DNA of 64,000 nt, from positions 2,728,001 to 2,792,000 of the forward strand of contig NC_042998.1 in the NCBI RefSeq assembly GCF_006345805.1. The letters run 5' to 3'. This stretch comes from Octopus sinensis. Lineage: Eukaryota. Shown in pieces: positions 38,290-52,493 of this stretch; position 1 is the first letter of the stretch; each line of letters begins with the position of its first letter. The notes under the pieces are model-generated. The model made no database searches, had not been told where the DNA came from, and saw only the letters and a program-made list of their open reading frames with translations. The position numbers were made by a program, and so were the translations under genes.

Positions 38290-39310
38290 AGGAAGTCATA
38301 ATCCCCAGGGACTGGTGCAGCAGTATCATAATCAGCTGCTACAAGGGTAACAAAGAGACCTCAGAATAGAAGTAATTATAGAGACATCAAATTGCTGGAC
38401 CAGGTGAAAGTTACTGAGAGAGTTGTAGCCCAATTAATTAGGAACAGAATTAGACTGGATGAAATGCAGTTTGGCTTTGCGCCAGGGAGAAGCACTACTG
38501 ATGCTATTTTCATAGTCAGATAACTGTAAGAGAAGTATTTAGCTAAGAATAAGCTGTTGTAATAGGTATTTGTTGATCTGAAGAAAGCCTTCAACAGAGT
38601 ATCTCGCTGTGTGATATGTTGGTCTCTGAGAGAACTAGAAGACAAATGGCTCGTGAAAGCAGTACAGGCCACGCACACACAGGCATGCTGTTAATAAGCC
38701 AGGTGTTAAGGACATCTCAACAGATTTTCCACATTAATTATAGCCAGCACTGACTTTTGTTAGGTTGTTTCATATCTGAGACACCAGATGTAAACAAACA
38801 ATAAAATCAAAGAGATTAGTAAGATAAGAGTCAACCATGGGTTCAGTGAATTTAGTGAAGAGGTAGGTGTTCACCAAAGCTCAGTCCTCAGCCTCCTCCT
38901 ATTCATCATCATCCAGGCAATAACAGAGAAATTTAAGACCAGTTGCCCCTGGGAACTACTCTATGCTGACGATTTTGCGTTGTAGAATCTGTAACAGAAC
39001 TAGAAATGATATTCCAGGTGTAGAAACAAAACCGGGAATTGAAGGGCCTTAACGTTAACTTAGCAAAGGCAAAGGTCCTAGTAAACAAGAAATCACACAG
39101 GGTCCTACCCACTTCAGGTAAATGGCCCTGCTCAATAAGTAGGAAAGGTGTGGGCAGGAATTCCATTCAGTGTGCTCAGAGCAAGCAATGGACACACAAA
39201 GGTGCAGTGGAATCACAGGAAGGTTAACGGAAGAAGTAGTGTTTGTATGTGGAAGATGTATGGGAGCCATAAAGTCTACAGATATATGGGGAAAGTGATT
39301 TTTGTCAAAT
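38290..39310 (+). mobile_element. RTE-clade LINE, RT domain pseudogene
   Basis: YRDIKLLDQ...DEMQFGFAPGRSTTDAIF...VDLKKAFNRV, GVHQSSVLSLLLF, WELLYADDF and C-terminal WPCS..KGVGRNSIQC; several stops and frameshifts. Confidence 0.9.
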
Positions 39311-39630
39311 GCCCTGGAGGCTCTCTATGTGACTACTATGTGATTCTTTGATCTGCAAAATACAGCACAATCATCTCCTTATCTTGAGACAAAACAGGCA
39401 GAACTTTTGCCTCCTCTAGGCAGTGGATAGTCATTTAAACCATTTGCATAGCTTTCAATGTCAGGATTAAGTGTCAGGACAAATGTGACCTTTTGCTTTC
39501 ATGTCTAAATATTTTCAGACCACAACAGATTCAACCGCACTGTGTGGTATCTTGAGTGTCTTCTACTATATCCCCCAAGCCAACCAAAACCTTGTGAGTT
39601 GATTTGGTAGACAACAACTAAAAGAAAACC

Positions 39631-39667
<37 letters not shown>

Positions 39668-39954
39668 ACCCTTGGCTTGACATCATGTGATGGTTGTAAG
39701 CCAAGCATCATCATTATTCAAGTGATGCTGTTTCTTTCCAGTCTTCCATGGAAAACATGTCTGGCAAAGAGGAAATATTACATTGCTTGGAAAAATGAGG
39801 GTTGGTGACAGAAAGGGTCCTCGGATGCAGGAAATTTGTCTGAACAAATTCTATTTGACCCATGCAAGCATGGAGATGATGATGATGATGGGGAGGAGGA
39901 GGAGGAGGAGGAGGAGGAGGATATAGCTAAATAGATACTGATATAAATACTTTC

Positions 39955-40180
39955 ACCCTTTAACATTTAAACCAGCCATATCTGGACCAAATATCCTTCT
40001 TGTTTTACAGTCAAACTAGCTTCTAGATCTGGCTTCTCACACCTATGCGACAATGTCAACCAAAAGATAAACAGTCACATCATCAAAATCTCAAATTTTC
40101 AATATAAAGTATGATCAACTTAAAACAACGCATATGAATAAATATTAATTTGATAGAAAAATTTGAATAGCAAAAGGTTA
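39955..40180. mobile_element. piggyBac-type MITE related to 26616-26834
   Basis: ctttaacatttaaaccagccatatctgg...aaaaggttaa. Confidence 0.65.
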
Positions 40181-40254
40181 ATACATATGCAGGTGTGTTG
40201 AAATGTAAAGACAAGATGTTAGTGTATCTCAGGCAACATAGTTGTGGTCTAGTA

Positions 40255-40497
40255 CTCTTTTACTCTTTTACTTGTTTCACTCTTCTGACTGCGGCCATGC
40301 TGGAGCACCGCCTTTATAGTCAAGCAAATCGACCCCAGAGCTTATTCATTCTTTCTATGCCTAGTACTTATTCTATCAGTCTCTTTTGCCATACTGCTAA
40401 ATTACAGGGACGTAAACACACCAGCATCAGTTGTCAAGAGATGTTCGGGGGGGGGGGGGGGCACAAACACAAACACACACACACACACACACACACA

Positions 40498-40528
<31 letters not shown>

Positions 40529-40692
40529 GACAGGCTTCTTTCAGTTTCTGTCTACCAAATCCATTCACAAGGATTTGGTCGGACCGAGGCTACAGTAGAA
40601 GACACTTGCCCAAGGTGCCACACAGTGAGACTGAACCCGGGACCAAGTGGTTGGTAAGCAACTACTTACCACACGGCCACTCCTGCGCCTAT
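40255..40692 (-). mobile_element. SINE family B, full length
   Basis: reverse-complement of 41172-41578 consensus. Confidence 0.9.
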
Positions 40693-41171
40693 GTACAGAG
40701 AAATAGCAGGGTAACACCGTTAGTAGGATGGTGAGGGTGGGTGCCTTACTAAGAGAAGTTAAGCTAAGTTATGAGGAATGAAGGAGAGTGGGAATGAACA
40801 GGTAAAAGTTAGCAATTATTGATGGCGAAACCAAAAGGTAAGAATGAAAGATGAGAGAATTGAAAAATGAAGGGGGAGAAAAAAACCCTGGATGGAAAAT
40901 GTAGAAAAATGACAAAATGAAAAGATGATGTGAAGCTGAGATAGTGTGATAGATTTTAATAGATTACATGAACAGAGAGGAAGCCCTGGAAATCCTTGTT
41001 TGTAAATTCCAGACAGATTTTTTTTTCCTTTACTTTCAAATTTTACAAAAGTTCATAAGGGCCAATGGCTTTTTGAGAGAGAGAGAGAGAGATCCCAAAA
41101 TCAAATTATTTGGTCACATCTTAGCAGTGTCATTAATGCTTATTATATATATATATATAAAAAAAAAAAAC

Positions 41172-41578
41172 AGGAGTGGCTGTGTGGTAAGTAGCTTGCT
41201 AACCAACCACATGGTTCCGGGTTCAGTCCAACTGCGTGGCATCTTGGGCAAGTGTCTTCTGCTATAGCCCCGGGCCGACCAATGCCTTGTGAGTAGATTT
41301 GGTAGACGGAAACTGAAAGAAGCCTGTCGTATATATGTATATATATATGCATGTGTGTGTGTGTATGTGTTTGTGTGTCTGTGTTTGTCCCCCTAGCATT
41401 GCTTGACAACCGATGCTGGTGTGTTTATGTCCCCGTCACTTAGTGGTTCGGCAAAAGAGACCGATAGAATAAGTACTGGGCTTACAAAGAATAAGTCCCG
41501 GGGTCGATTTGCTCGACTAAAGGCGGTGCTCCAGCATGGCTGCAGTCAAATGACCGAAACATGTAAAAAGAGAAAAAG
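41172..41578 (+). mobile_element. tRNA-headed CORE-like SINE family B, full length
   Basis: ggagtggctgtgtggtaag head, gttcagtcc B-box, cttgggcaagtgtcttc core, internal (TA)/(TG), tail cagtcaaatgaccgaaacatgtaaaaag. Confidence 0.9.
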
Positions 41579-42151
41579 ATTGTTGTTACAATTTAAACAC
41601 TCAGCTATAAAGCTTACTGAAAAGAATTAACAATTGTCAACATCAAAGACATTTCTTCTTTGCTTCTTAAATAGATTAATATTTATCAACAGAACTTCTG
41701 ACAGCAAAACAAAGGTCAACCCATCTATCACAAGTTATTATTCTTGGAATGTCAGCTGATCAACTTTCATCTGATTCTGATTCCAATAGCAACAAAAACT
41801 GTTACTCTCTCATGAATATAGTGAAATTATTACATCTTCTTACAAACACACACACACATAAATATAAGTAAATATACATAAGTATATACATATGTTTATT
41901 TATGTATACACACACAAAGTAAAAGACAGTAAAATATAAAAGCATATAAATGGATATAAGCTTTGTACATGAGTATATTTTATCTTGAACTTGTTTTAGT
42001 CATTGGACTGCAGTCATGCTAGGGCACCACATTCAAGAGCTTAGATGAAGAAATTGACCCCAGTACTTATTTTTTAAAGTCTGGCACTTATTCTATAGGT
42101 CTTTTTTTTACCTAACCACTAAGTCAAAGGGATGTAAACAAACCAACCAAC

Positions 42152-42370
42152 TGGTAGAATCGTTAGCACGCCAGGTGAAATGCTTAACGGTATTTTGTCT
42201 GCCGTTACGTTCTGAGTTCAAATTCCGCCGAGGTCGACTTTGCCTTTCATCCTTTCGGGGTCAATAAATAAAGTACCAGTTACGCACTGGGATCGATTTA
42301 ACCGACTTAATCCGTTTGTCTGTCCTTGTTTGTCCCCTCTATGTTTAGCCCCTTGTGGGTAGTAAGGAAA
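42152..42370 (+). mobile_element. SINE family A inserted into a family B copy
   Basis: family B sequence stops near 42145 and appears to resume near 42375. Confidence 0.85.
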
Positions 42371-42419
42371 TAAGTAGTGGGGAACACACACACACACACA
42401 CACACACATTCTTTTATAA

Positions 42420-42620
42420 TTTTGTTTCAGTCACTTGACTGTAGCCATGCTGGAACACTATCTTTAACCAAACAAATCGACCCCAGGACTTATTCTTTGT
42501 AAGCCTAGTACTTATTCCATTGGTCTCTTTTCTTGAACTGCTAAGTTACAGGGACATAAACACACCAACATTGGTTTTCAAGTGATGGTGGGGAAGACAA
42601 ACACAGACATACAAACATAT

Positions 42621-42656
<36 letters not shown>

Positions 42657-42820
42657 ACAATGGGCTTCTTTCAGTTTCCGTCTACCAAATCCACTCACAA
42701 GGCTTAAGTCGTCCCGGGGCTATAGCAGAAGACACTTGCTCAGGTGCCATGCAGTGGGACTGAACCTGGAACCATGTGGTTGGTTAGCAAGCTACTTACC
42801 ACACAGCCACTCCTGCACCT
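42420..42820 (-). mobile_element. SINE family B, full length
   Basis: family B motifs. Confidence 0.9.
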
Positions 42821-43321
42821 GTGCATCATCATCATCATCATCGTTTAACGTCCGCTTTGCATGCTAGCATGGGTTGTGCATAACTTATAATAAAGTGTGC
42901 TAATGTCTTCTTCTACCCAATTGATATTTTACTCTGGGGAGCATAATTCTATTCCCGCCTGGATTGAACAAATCCTTAGGGTAACATAAATTAACTTTTA
43001 AGTTGCTCATACCTAATAAAGCCTACTAAGAAAGCATCACCTAAGAATAACTTCTTGTTTGTCCATAAATAAAGATACATTGTAGAAAAGCACATCTTTT
43101 TAACAGCATCCAATTGTAAAAATAAACACTTTTCACTGAGATGAGGATTTTATGGTAATTTGTTACTCATCACTAAGTGTGTTGGTGGGGCAGGGTGGTT
43201 TTTTTTCTTTATGGGATCTTCTTTATATTCTGTATGAATGGGGAAGTATTATGCATTGCTCTATACATCAGATGGAATCATCAAACATGGCATGCGTGTT
43301 AGTATTTTAATTTATATGGAA

Positions 43322-43529
43322 TATATGTATGTATGTGTATATATATATACATGTGTGTGTGTATGTATATATATATATATATATATATACACATACATAC
43401 ATATATTGAGGTGAAGATGAGAGAGAAAAAAACAATCTATCTTCATCCTTCATCTTAGCACTGGAGATCCGTAACAAGTTTGTGTTTCTGTTGAAAAGGG
43501 AGTAGTGTTAATTCAGAATTATATATATA

Positions 43530-43623
<94 letters not shown>

Positions 43624-43700
43624 CACACACACACACACACACATATATACACACACACACACACATATATATAGATACACATACACATATATATAGACAC
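43322..43700. repeat. Compound (TA)n/(CA)n microsatellites
   Basis: direct reading; two blocks separated by ~130 bp of non-repetitive sequence. Confidence 0.9.
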
Positions 43701-43715
43701 ACACAATTTGCCAAA

Positions 43716-44353
43716 AGCTCGGCAACACCTGCTCAAAGGCTGAAGCAAAATTTTCAAAAAGTTTTCATTGTTCTTGACACAATGAAGGAGATCTTGTGCA
43801 ACCGAAACCCGAATGTCTTTTTGGTCAGCTGAAAGCCGTTTTGGCACAAACTTCGCAGACACACATCTCATACCTGTCGGTAATAATGGACTGAACTGAA
43901 CCATAGCTAATCTGTTCATCCTCTGATAACTCAAGGATGGTGATTCGATGATCTCTCCTCACAGCTGCACACACGTCTGTGATGTTGTGGTGTTTGTCTC
44001 AGTTCTGCTGGTTGCGGGTCTCCCACAATGTTCATCAATATCGACGTTTTTTCAGCCATCTTGGAAACACCTGAAACACTCATACACTCCTCTCCATACA
44101 CTTTCTGCAACTTTAAGTAGGCTTCTGAGCAGGTATCGCCATGACAACTTCCTGTGTTATGGTCAATGTGGTGATCACATGCTACACACCTTCCTTCCAA
44201 GCACTGCTGTAAAAAGTGGAAGTGAGCTAGAACGGTAAAACTGAGTGCACATGCACAGAAGAGTTCAAGGTCAGTCTGAGTTAAGTGGCTTCACTCAGCA
44301 TCCTTTAGTTTTGTTACTATGGCAACGGTCTGAATACTTAAATAAAACATGTA
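43716..44353 (-). mobile_element. Mariner transposase N-terminal fragment with 5' end
   Basis: YLKLQKVYGEECMS, GMRCVSAKFVPKRLSADQKDIRVSVAQDLLHCVKNNENFLK; frameshifted and truncated before the DDD domain. Confidence 0.85.
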
Positions 44354-46604
44354 ACAGTTGTTCACTGAGGGTCAATGTAATTTTAGTCCATGTGCCTATA
44401 GTAAAAAGGATTATTATTATTATTGAGTGGGAGAGCAGTGCATGCCATCAAAGTGATACCGAGGTAAAATATACGAATATAATATCAAGTTTGCCAGAGA
44501 AAGGAGTAACAGTGTTTATGACCTATAAAAGTCCTCTGGTATGACTGATACCTTGAGACTGATATGAATTATACCCTCTCTGAATATTTTGCATGTTGAT
44601 GTCAGCAAGAAACAACATCAACAAGAATGAAACTGGAATTATAGTTTAAATGCTCTTTAAAGAGTTAGCTCCATTAACGGCACTAAAAGACTAGGTGGAA
44701 TTAACAGGTGATAGATTAGGCCTATTATCCTTACAATATCCTTTTTAATAGTAAAAAAGGAAATAATTTCATTTTTAGCTAAGTTGTGTGAGGCAAATAA
44801 GGCAGTTTAACATAAATTGTCCAAGGGACAAATAGCCTAACATCTTATTATAAAGATGCTTAGCTCTGAATCCAACATTTTAACAATATAATAAATATCT
44901 TAACAATGCAAGAGATATTAACTAATTTAGTGAATTATCAATTTTATTTTAATAATTAGTCAGTTTTGCAGGTCCTAAAAATTCATCACCAACCGACAAA
45001 ATTTGGACATCGTAATAGTTATTTGTCAGAACCATTGTTTGAATGTCCCAATATTGAACGCTGACATGAGTTGCACATTTAATAAAGGTTTTCCAGTTCT
45101 CTAAATACCAAACAATACAATATCTTTCACACCTCACATGGCAGACAAAGGTTTTGTTAGTCATATCATCAACAAAACCAGCTGTCCTTTCAATATTCTT
45201 GCTATGACTCTCAAGTTCAGTACATTTGTTGTAGCCTTCAGTTCAACCCTCTTTAAGGGCATGTGTCCTTTAATGGAGACACATGAAAGTCATATGACTT
45301 CTTTTCATCCTACTTTCACCTCAAAATATATTAACTTATTTAGCTCAGCAATTATCATCATCCAGTTGTGGTTCATGCCACCTTTATCGTCTTTCAGGTG
45401 ATGGAGATAATTATCAACTACAACTTCATCATGCCCCCCCACCCCTAGTTGTTCTTAAGAAGCAAGAAGTCTACAGCTTTCCCCAAGATCAATAGAGGAA
45501 GTGGGGGGTGCTCCCCCCCCCATCACTCAAACTGGACAGGTGACAGCTCAACACACACACACAGCATTTCTGTTTGAAAGTTTCTTTATTAGTCAGTGCA
45601 GCACACAGTACGTTAACTAGAATACTACAATGAAACCACAGTCAATCAGAAACTCTATAGTCAACACCAAACCATATCAAAACTCACCTCCACTAAATCG
45701 ACTTTACCACACTAGCCTGCACCGTACTGTACAATAACAAACCCTATTCTGCATAATATAATGAGCTAAGATTTATTTTTCCCATGTATTGACTAACTGT
45801 CAACCAACACTTGGACGTAACCTAGATATTAAACTTTTGTTTCATTCCTTTATCTCCTTTTTTGCAATAACACCCACATTTATAAGTATTTTTGTTGCAA
45901 TACTGGACAATATACAATCAAACAAGGTATGACTGGTCATTCTCAAAAGAATATTGCTCTGCTGGACATTGTTGAACTTTTACTGAATCAGATATCAGAA
46001 ATCTAATGATATTGATTTACAATATTGAAAATTAATAGTATATTGATAAATAGATAAATGTATGTTGTGATCATACATATCTGTACAAACATATTAGATC
46101 ATTAAAGATATTTAACATACACCTTCTCTCTCACACTATCACTCACTGTACAAGTATGCACACATATCTAAATACTTATATATAAGAATATAAACAAGAA
46201 TTCATACAGCTTACAGGAACATAACTTCCCAACCTGATCAGGATGTATTTTATTTAATGTATAGAAATAAAGTGGACTATTTATTCTATCATTCTTGTTT
46301 CGGTCATTTCACTGCAGCCATACAGGAGCATCACCTTTGGTCAAACAAATCGATTTTTTTGTAAGCCTAGTACTTATTCTGTTGGTCTCTTTGGCCGAGC
46401 TGCTAAGTTATGGGGACATAAAAACACCAATATCGGTCGTCAAGCATTGCACAGACACACAAGTACACACACATATATAATTTGGACGAGCTGATAGTTT
46501 TACTTTGACCAGAGCAAAAACCAACCTTTGAAAGATTTGACCACAAACAGTAAAGAATAAAACATCTTTGTTCTTTTAAGTTAAAAAGCATGCAAGCTCA
46601 TGTG

Positions 46605-46920
46605 GTCCATCATCATCGTTTAACGTCCGTTCTCCCTGCTGGCATGGGTTGGACGGTCAACCGGGGTCTGGCAAGCCAGGGGCTGCACCAGGCTCCAGTC
46701 TGATCTGGCAGTGTTTCTACGGCTGGATGCCCTTCCTAACGCCAACCACTCCGTGAGTGTAGTGGGTGCATTTTACGTGCCAGGGAAGGCTGGCAACTGT
46801 CACAATCAGTTGGTGATTTTTACATGCCACCGGCACGGAAGCCAGTCAAGGTGGCGCTGGCATCGACAACGTTCGGATGGTGCCTTTTACGTGCCACCGG
46901 CACAGGGATCACAACTACAA
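46605..46920 (-). mobile_element. Family C element joined to a family B fragment
   Basis: family C motifs; other copies 4015-4196, 13100-13205, 19845-20045, 49270-49430, 57330-57615, 61810-61995, 63560-63750. Confidence 0.85.
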
Positions 46921-46969
46921 TTCCCAACATCGGTTGTCAAGTGATGGTGGGGGACAAACACAGACACAA

Positions 46970-47002
<33 letters not shown>

Positions 47003-47249
47003 TATATATACAACAGGCTTCTTTCAGTTTCCGGCTACCAAATCCACTCATAAGGCTTTGATCGGCCCAAGCCTATAGTAGCAGACTTGCCCAAGGTGCC
47101 ATGCAGTGGGACTGAACCCAGAACCATGTGGTTGGGAAGCAATCTTCTTACCACACAGCCATGCCTGCGTCTGCAAACCCAAGCAATTTTATTTGTTTAT
47201 TCGTACAATTTTCTCTCTTTCTCTCTCTCTATTATACATATATTATTAT

Positions 47250-47303
<54 letters not shown>

Positions 47304-47834
47304 GAGTTTTAAAATTTGCCAATTTAAAGCAAGTACATTAACTGGGGGGGGGATAATAACTCGATACCGAAAGTAGAGTCTTATTATTTTAATATTGAAG
47401 ACAACTGCCATTTCCAATATTGATTATTTATTTATTGCAATGTAAAATTTATAGAGAACATCTACTTCCTAACAGGAAAGGATGTGGCACAGTTGCTTGA
47501 AAGGGGAATAAAATAGACTGGGGACAAAAACCAAGATGAATAAATAATACAACTCTTTGCAAATAGTTTCCCATCAGAGCCTTTAAGTAAGAGAAGGTAT
47601 AAGAGAGTGCATGTGGATGTATAGAGATGCTTAGGCGTGTGTGAATTATATGCAAACACACACACACACTCTCTCTCTCTCTCTCTCTTTCTCTATTCAC
47701 AAAGACATATATACTCAGAAATCAGTTTGATGAGGGATGGGCTCTATTAGAGTGACTTGATTATGTCAGTCTACAAAGATGAAAAACTTCTATGGTGCTT
47801 CAATGAGTCATGAAATATTGTTCTTTCTCTCTCC

Positions 47835-47890
<56 letters not shown>

Positions 47891-47968
47891 CTACCTCATA
47901 CACACACCTCTTTCCCTTATACATAAATTATCTCCCCTACTATATACATATCTTAATAGTAAAGATAC

Positions 47969-48164
47969 TATTTCTTTACTACCTACAAGGGGCTAAACAC
48001 AGAGGGGACAAATGGATTAAGTCAATTATATCGACCCCAGTGCGTAACTGGTACTTATTTAATCAACCCCGAAAGGATGAAAGGCAAAGTCGACCTCGGC
48101 GGAATTTGAACTCAGAACGTAACCGCAGAAGAAATACTACTAAGCATTTCGCCAGCTCGCCGCC
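47969..48164 (-). mobile_element. SINE family A with 20-bp target-site duplication
   Basis: tatcttaatagtaaagatac at 47949-47968 and 48165-48184. Confidence 0.92.
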
Positions 48165-48776
48165 TATCTTAATAGTAAAGATACACCCCTCCTCTCTCTC
48201 AATCATACACACACCTCTTTCCTTCTTACATAAATTACCTTACCCTCTCATACACCCATATACTATAGTTGTAATATTGATACCCCTCTCTCTCTCTCAC
48301 TGCTCACATCTTTTTCTCTATGGAAAATACAAGTATGACAGGTATAATTAATAACTTGCCTTCCTTTCACCCATTTTTGAAATATCCTCCCTTTGTATTT
48401 TTTTGTTTTACAAAATCAAAAAGAAAAAAAAAATTCATCAAAGCACTTGTTAATGTCACCAAACCAACAGAACCCTTTTGGACTAATGTAAAACCATTAG
48501 TTTTCCTTTATATCTGCTTAATTACACAAATGTAAACCACTGCAGGACCTACTATAAACATTATCTCAATATCTATTGACAAACCCTACCAGCCTTAAAA
48601 AGAAAGAATGCCACATTAGATAATGTAGTGTATCCCTCCATCCTCTCTGCCCACTATTCCTGGAAGGGCTGCGAGTTTCAGTCCTCAAGCTCCTCCTCCA
48701 TAAGGTCCTATCAGAATTGTCATTAGACTTTCCAGCTGGATTTCCAACTGTGACCAGCTGAAAACCATGGATTTAA

Positions 48777-48995
48777 CCCTTTCGTTACTGTATTTAGTTT
48801 GAGATGCTCTGTTTCTTTCAATTACTTTAAATATAACAAAGAATTCAGTAAAATAACTTAGTTATCATTCAGCTAGTGTTAGGAACATAAATTGTGACTA
48901 AGGTTTGGTGGAAGATTTTAATTCAAAACTTATGAAAACAAGACATTTGTACTACAGAGCCAGAGCCGGTTTCAGCCGGGTTAGTAACGAAAGGG
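48777..48995 (+). mobile_element. piggyBac-type MITE (family D)
   Basis: 13-bp perfect TIR, TTAA duplication. Confidence 0.9.
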
Positions 48996-49559
48996 TTAAT
49001 CCCATTTTTAGTCTACCCTGGAGTTTGGCTTGAAGAATCTATCTTGGGATTCTTTCCCATGACATTTTATAACAGGTCCACAGTACCAAAACTGTGACAT
49101 TTCAAAGTGGAGAAGTGGTAGTTTAACCAGGAGAGATTTCCTGATCTCCAAGTCATGCATCCTGACAAGCAACATTACTCCAGAGATCCTTTAGAGGAAC
49201 CATAGTTTAGCTGTTTGTATTCACAATCAAACTCTTCAAGTCATTACCCAACATTCATCACTATAAATCATCGTTGTCATCATCGTGATTTAACACCTTC
49301 TCTCCATGCTGTCATGAGTTAGAAGGTTTGATTGGAGCTGGCAAGCCAGAGAGCTGCACCAGGCTCCAGTCTGTTTTGGCTTGGTTTCTATGAATATATG
49401 TCCTTCCTAATGCCAACCACTCTACAGAGAGTCTAAAAGCCAAATTGAAGATAGCAAGTTTGTATTTTTTTTACCAACATCTCTTCTGAAGATCAGAAGG
49501 TGATCTCCAGTATCCATCAAAGAGATGAGAAGGTGATCTCCAGTACACAAGGCAGGGAT

Positions 49560-49680
49560 GAGAATTATTGTTGTGAAAACTGAGATATTGGTCCACTCAA
49601 GAAAGTCTTCCTCGTGCCTTCTGCATGTTAGTGAAACACCACTGAGACAAGTGGAGAAGTTTAAGTATCTCAGGTCCTAA
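49560..49680 (+). mobile_element. Small LINE RT fragment
   Basis: KTEILV...PLRQVEKFKYL motif. Confidence 0.45.
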
Positions 49681-50689
49681 GCACTTAAAGATTTTGGTGA
49701 CACCATATATATGTAGTTCAAAATTTAAACAATGATAAGTCATAAAATGATTTTTTTTTTTCAAAATGAAACAAAACTAAGAGTAGGATGGGAGAAAATG
49801 TTTATTTTATCTTTTTATGATTCCACTTTATATTTCAAAAGTTTTCTCCTACTTTTTTCTAATTGTTAAGTCTTCGATCAAATCCTTCCTCTGACACTAT
49901 GAATACTTTAAAATTATATTTCTGATCATAATTTTAAGTGATTTCTTTTGTGCTGTCAACAATTTACCATTTCTGTGGTGCCTCCACTTCCTTTGATGCC
50001 CTAAGCACAGGCTTATTTTGATTAATGGTTAATCCAGCGCTGCAAGACTATTCACAAGATATGAGAAGTGGGGGGCTAAATAAGATGCTAGTATTGCTGG
50101 TGCTAACACACCAATGTGCCAGAGGCAACACAATGTAGTCTATTCCTGAAAATTAAACAGAATGGCCATGATTTGGCTAATTTTGATTGTAGGTCTGCTC
50201 ATAAATGGTGACCTGCTTTGTAAGGTATTGCATCTGTTATAGATTTTAAAAAATGGAACAGCACAATTTTTTAATCATGTTCTACAATCTAAATCAAGCA
50301 ATTATTTCACCTTAATAAAGTAGGGTTACAGGAATTATTTTCTTAACTATTCTTTCAGTAACACAGCAAAATTATAAGAAACATGTGTTTTCTAACAGAA
50401 AAAAAAGAAGAATAACTAGGGTAGTTAGTTCACTCTAGAAAATAACAAAATTACTGTTTCTCTTCTATCTTATTCTTTTGGGGCCCCATGCTTGTGTGTG
50501 TGTGTGTGTATAAGAGAGAGATACTCTAATATTTTTGTCTATTTTGAGGTTATTCTGCCAATAAAGTAGGGTTATATAATTGTTTTAAACTATTCCTTTA
50601 TGCAAAAAGAAAGAAAGAAATATGACTTTCTTTTAACTTCTTGTGCATAGTCAGATATTTCTATGTAATTCAGAAGATGACTTCACAAG

Positions 50690-50691
50690 TA

Positions 50692-50772
<81 letters not shown>
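50690..50772. repeat. (TA)n(GA)n microsatellite abutting the left TIR
   Basis: direct reading. Confidence 0.97.
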
Positions 50773-50773
<1 letters not shown>

Positions 50774-51108
50774 CGATAAGAAAATGGAGGGAAAATAACA
50801 ATAAAAAGTATGTCTTTTGTGCTAGGAAGCCATTATTTAATTAGGTGAGAGTGAGTTTACGATCGTTTCTGTGTATCATGGTGAGGAAAATATATATTTA
50901 AATTTTAGCCTCGTTGCCAATGGTAGACATCATCAGAATGAAGAAGTCAGAAGTAGAGAAGAGCAAAAGGTAGAGAGATAGATCGGAAAAGAAAATGATC
51001 GGAGGTTTGAAAGTCTTACTTTATAGTTAGGTTCAGTGTCAGTTAAATCCATTGTGAGGTGGAAGAAGGATAGAAGTTAGGTGAATCTGTGATCTCATGA
51101 TCATTGAA

Positions 51109-52462
51109 CCCTTTCGTTTTTGGTATGCTCTGTGTTTCTTTCAATTATCTCTTATTATAAAAGGCAGATTTTATCTGCCTCCCTTTGGGAGTTATACAAA
51201 TCTACAATATAGCATTTCTTCAATTACAATTTACCTAGCATTTTTGAGAGTACAATGCATCGCGTCATGCCAGGTCCAGTTTTTAAAATTTAAACTCCAA
51301 TTAAGCAAAATTTACAGAAAACTCACATTCTGGTGTGTGTGTCAAATGCTTTTCTTAGTCTGGTTTACACCACACGCAAACGCACACACACAGTGTGCGA
51401 CGAATAAAATGAAAGTAAATGTAATATTTGTTTCTGTCTATCACGCTGATAGATACATGAGTAAAATGTATGGGAAGCTAACAGATAACAGTGAGTGAAA
51501 ATGTTCTTGGAAGAGAGTAAATTAGCGACAGAGTGATTTGAGCAAGACTAAACTGAAAGTATGAAACAGTGTTTATGTATAAACAGACGACACTTATAAC
51601 CCTTTCGTTACCAAACTGCCCGAATTTACCTATTCATATTTAAATGAGAATATCAGAGTAAATCTCTTTAGTACATTCGTGAAAACACGTATTATACTTC
51701 GTAAACACTTCAAATACAGTTTTGTACAAAAATCGAAGTGTAATTTTAATTCCGTGAATTATGGGACATTTTTTTCCGAAATTTGTTCCTATTGTGTTTT
51801 CAAAATTTGTAATTCTGACAAAAAATGGATACGAATTTCATTATATCAAGCAGCGAGTCAGAATTCGAAGGATTTTCTACTGAAGACCTTCATAAATCTA
51901 ACTCTATGACTGAAAAAAAATAAGCATCTTTATATAAGAGTGAAGTTGTGTGTCTGTCCCCTTCGATTTAGATTCGTAACTACTCCCACATTTTGCCGTG
52001 CAGTTTAACCAAAAGCAGGTATCTTATAGTCATGATTCATATCGAGCCCTTCTGGGTATTAGCGCGCGTCTACGATGAAAATTTACCATCATATTTTTCC
52101 ATTTTAATGCATTTTTTTCGCTTTTATATAAGGGAAGTAACTCTCTAAAAATATCTACGATGTGTCAACGATTTAAAAAAAAAATTTACCTTAATTTTTT
52201 TTCAATTTTTAATGCATTTTTTTGCTATTTTTTGGCTATAACTCTCTAAAAATGCTTATATAGTTATTTCCCTTACAACCCGAGCAACGCCAGGCGATAC
52301 TGCTAGTTTTAAATATAACAAAGAATTAGTTATCATTCAGCTCGTGTTAGGAACATAAATTGTGACTAAGGTTTAGTGGAAGATTTTAATTCAGAACTTA
52401 TGGAAACAAGACATTTGTACTCAGAGCCAGAGGTGGTTTAAGCCAGGTTGGTATCAAAAGGG
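51109..52462 (+). mobile_element. piggyBac-type MITE (family D) split by the Helitron
   Basis: 5' part 51109-51147, 3' part 52307-52462 ending aaaagggTTAA. Confidence 0.8.
51148..52306 (+). mobile_element. Composite non-autonomous Helitron inserted into a piggyBac-type MITE
   Basis: 5' TC, 3' cccgagcaacgccagg hairpin + CTAG, inserted between A and T with no TSD; flanks rejoin to ttcaatta|ttttaaatataac as in the intact MITE at 52494; second internal TC start at 51927. Confidence 0.75.
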
Positions 52463-52493
52463 TTAAGAATTGTTTCTCTATTATATATTTTAA

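Noticed and set aside
50060-50150. Candidate minus-strand exon after ttaattttcag in the 28-kb intron
   Set aside because: Phase 0 reads an immediate stop (GAA TAG) and donors are weak.
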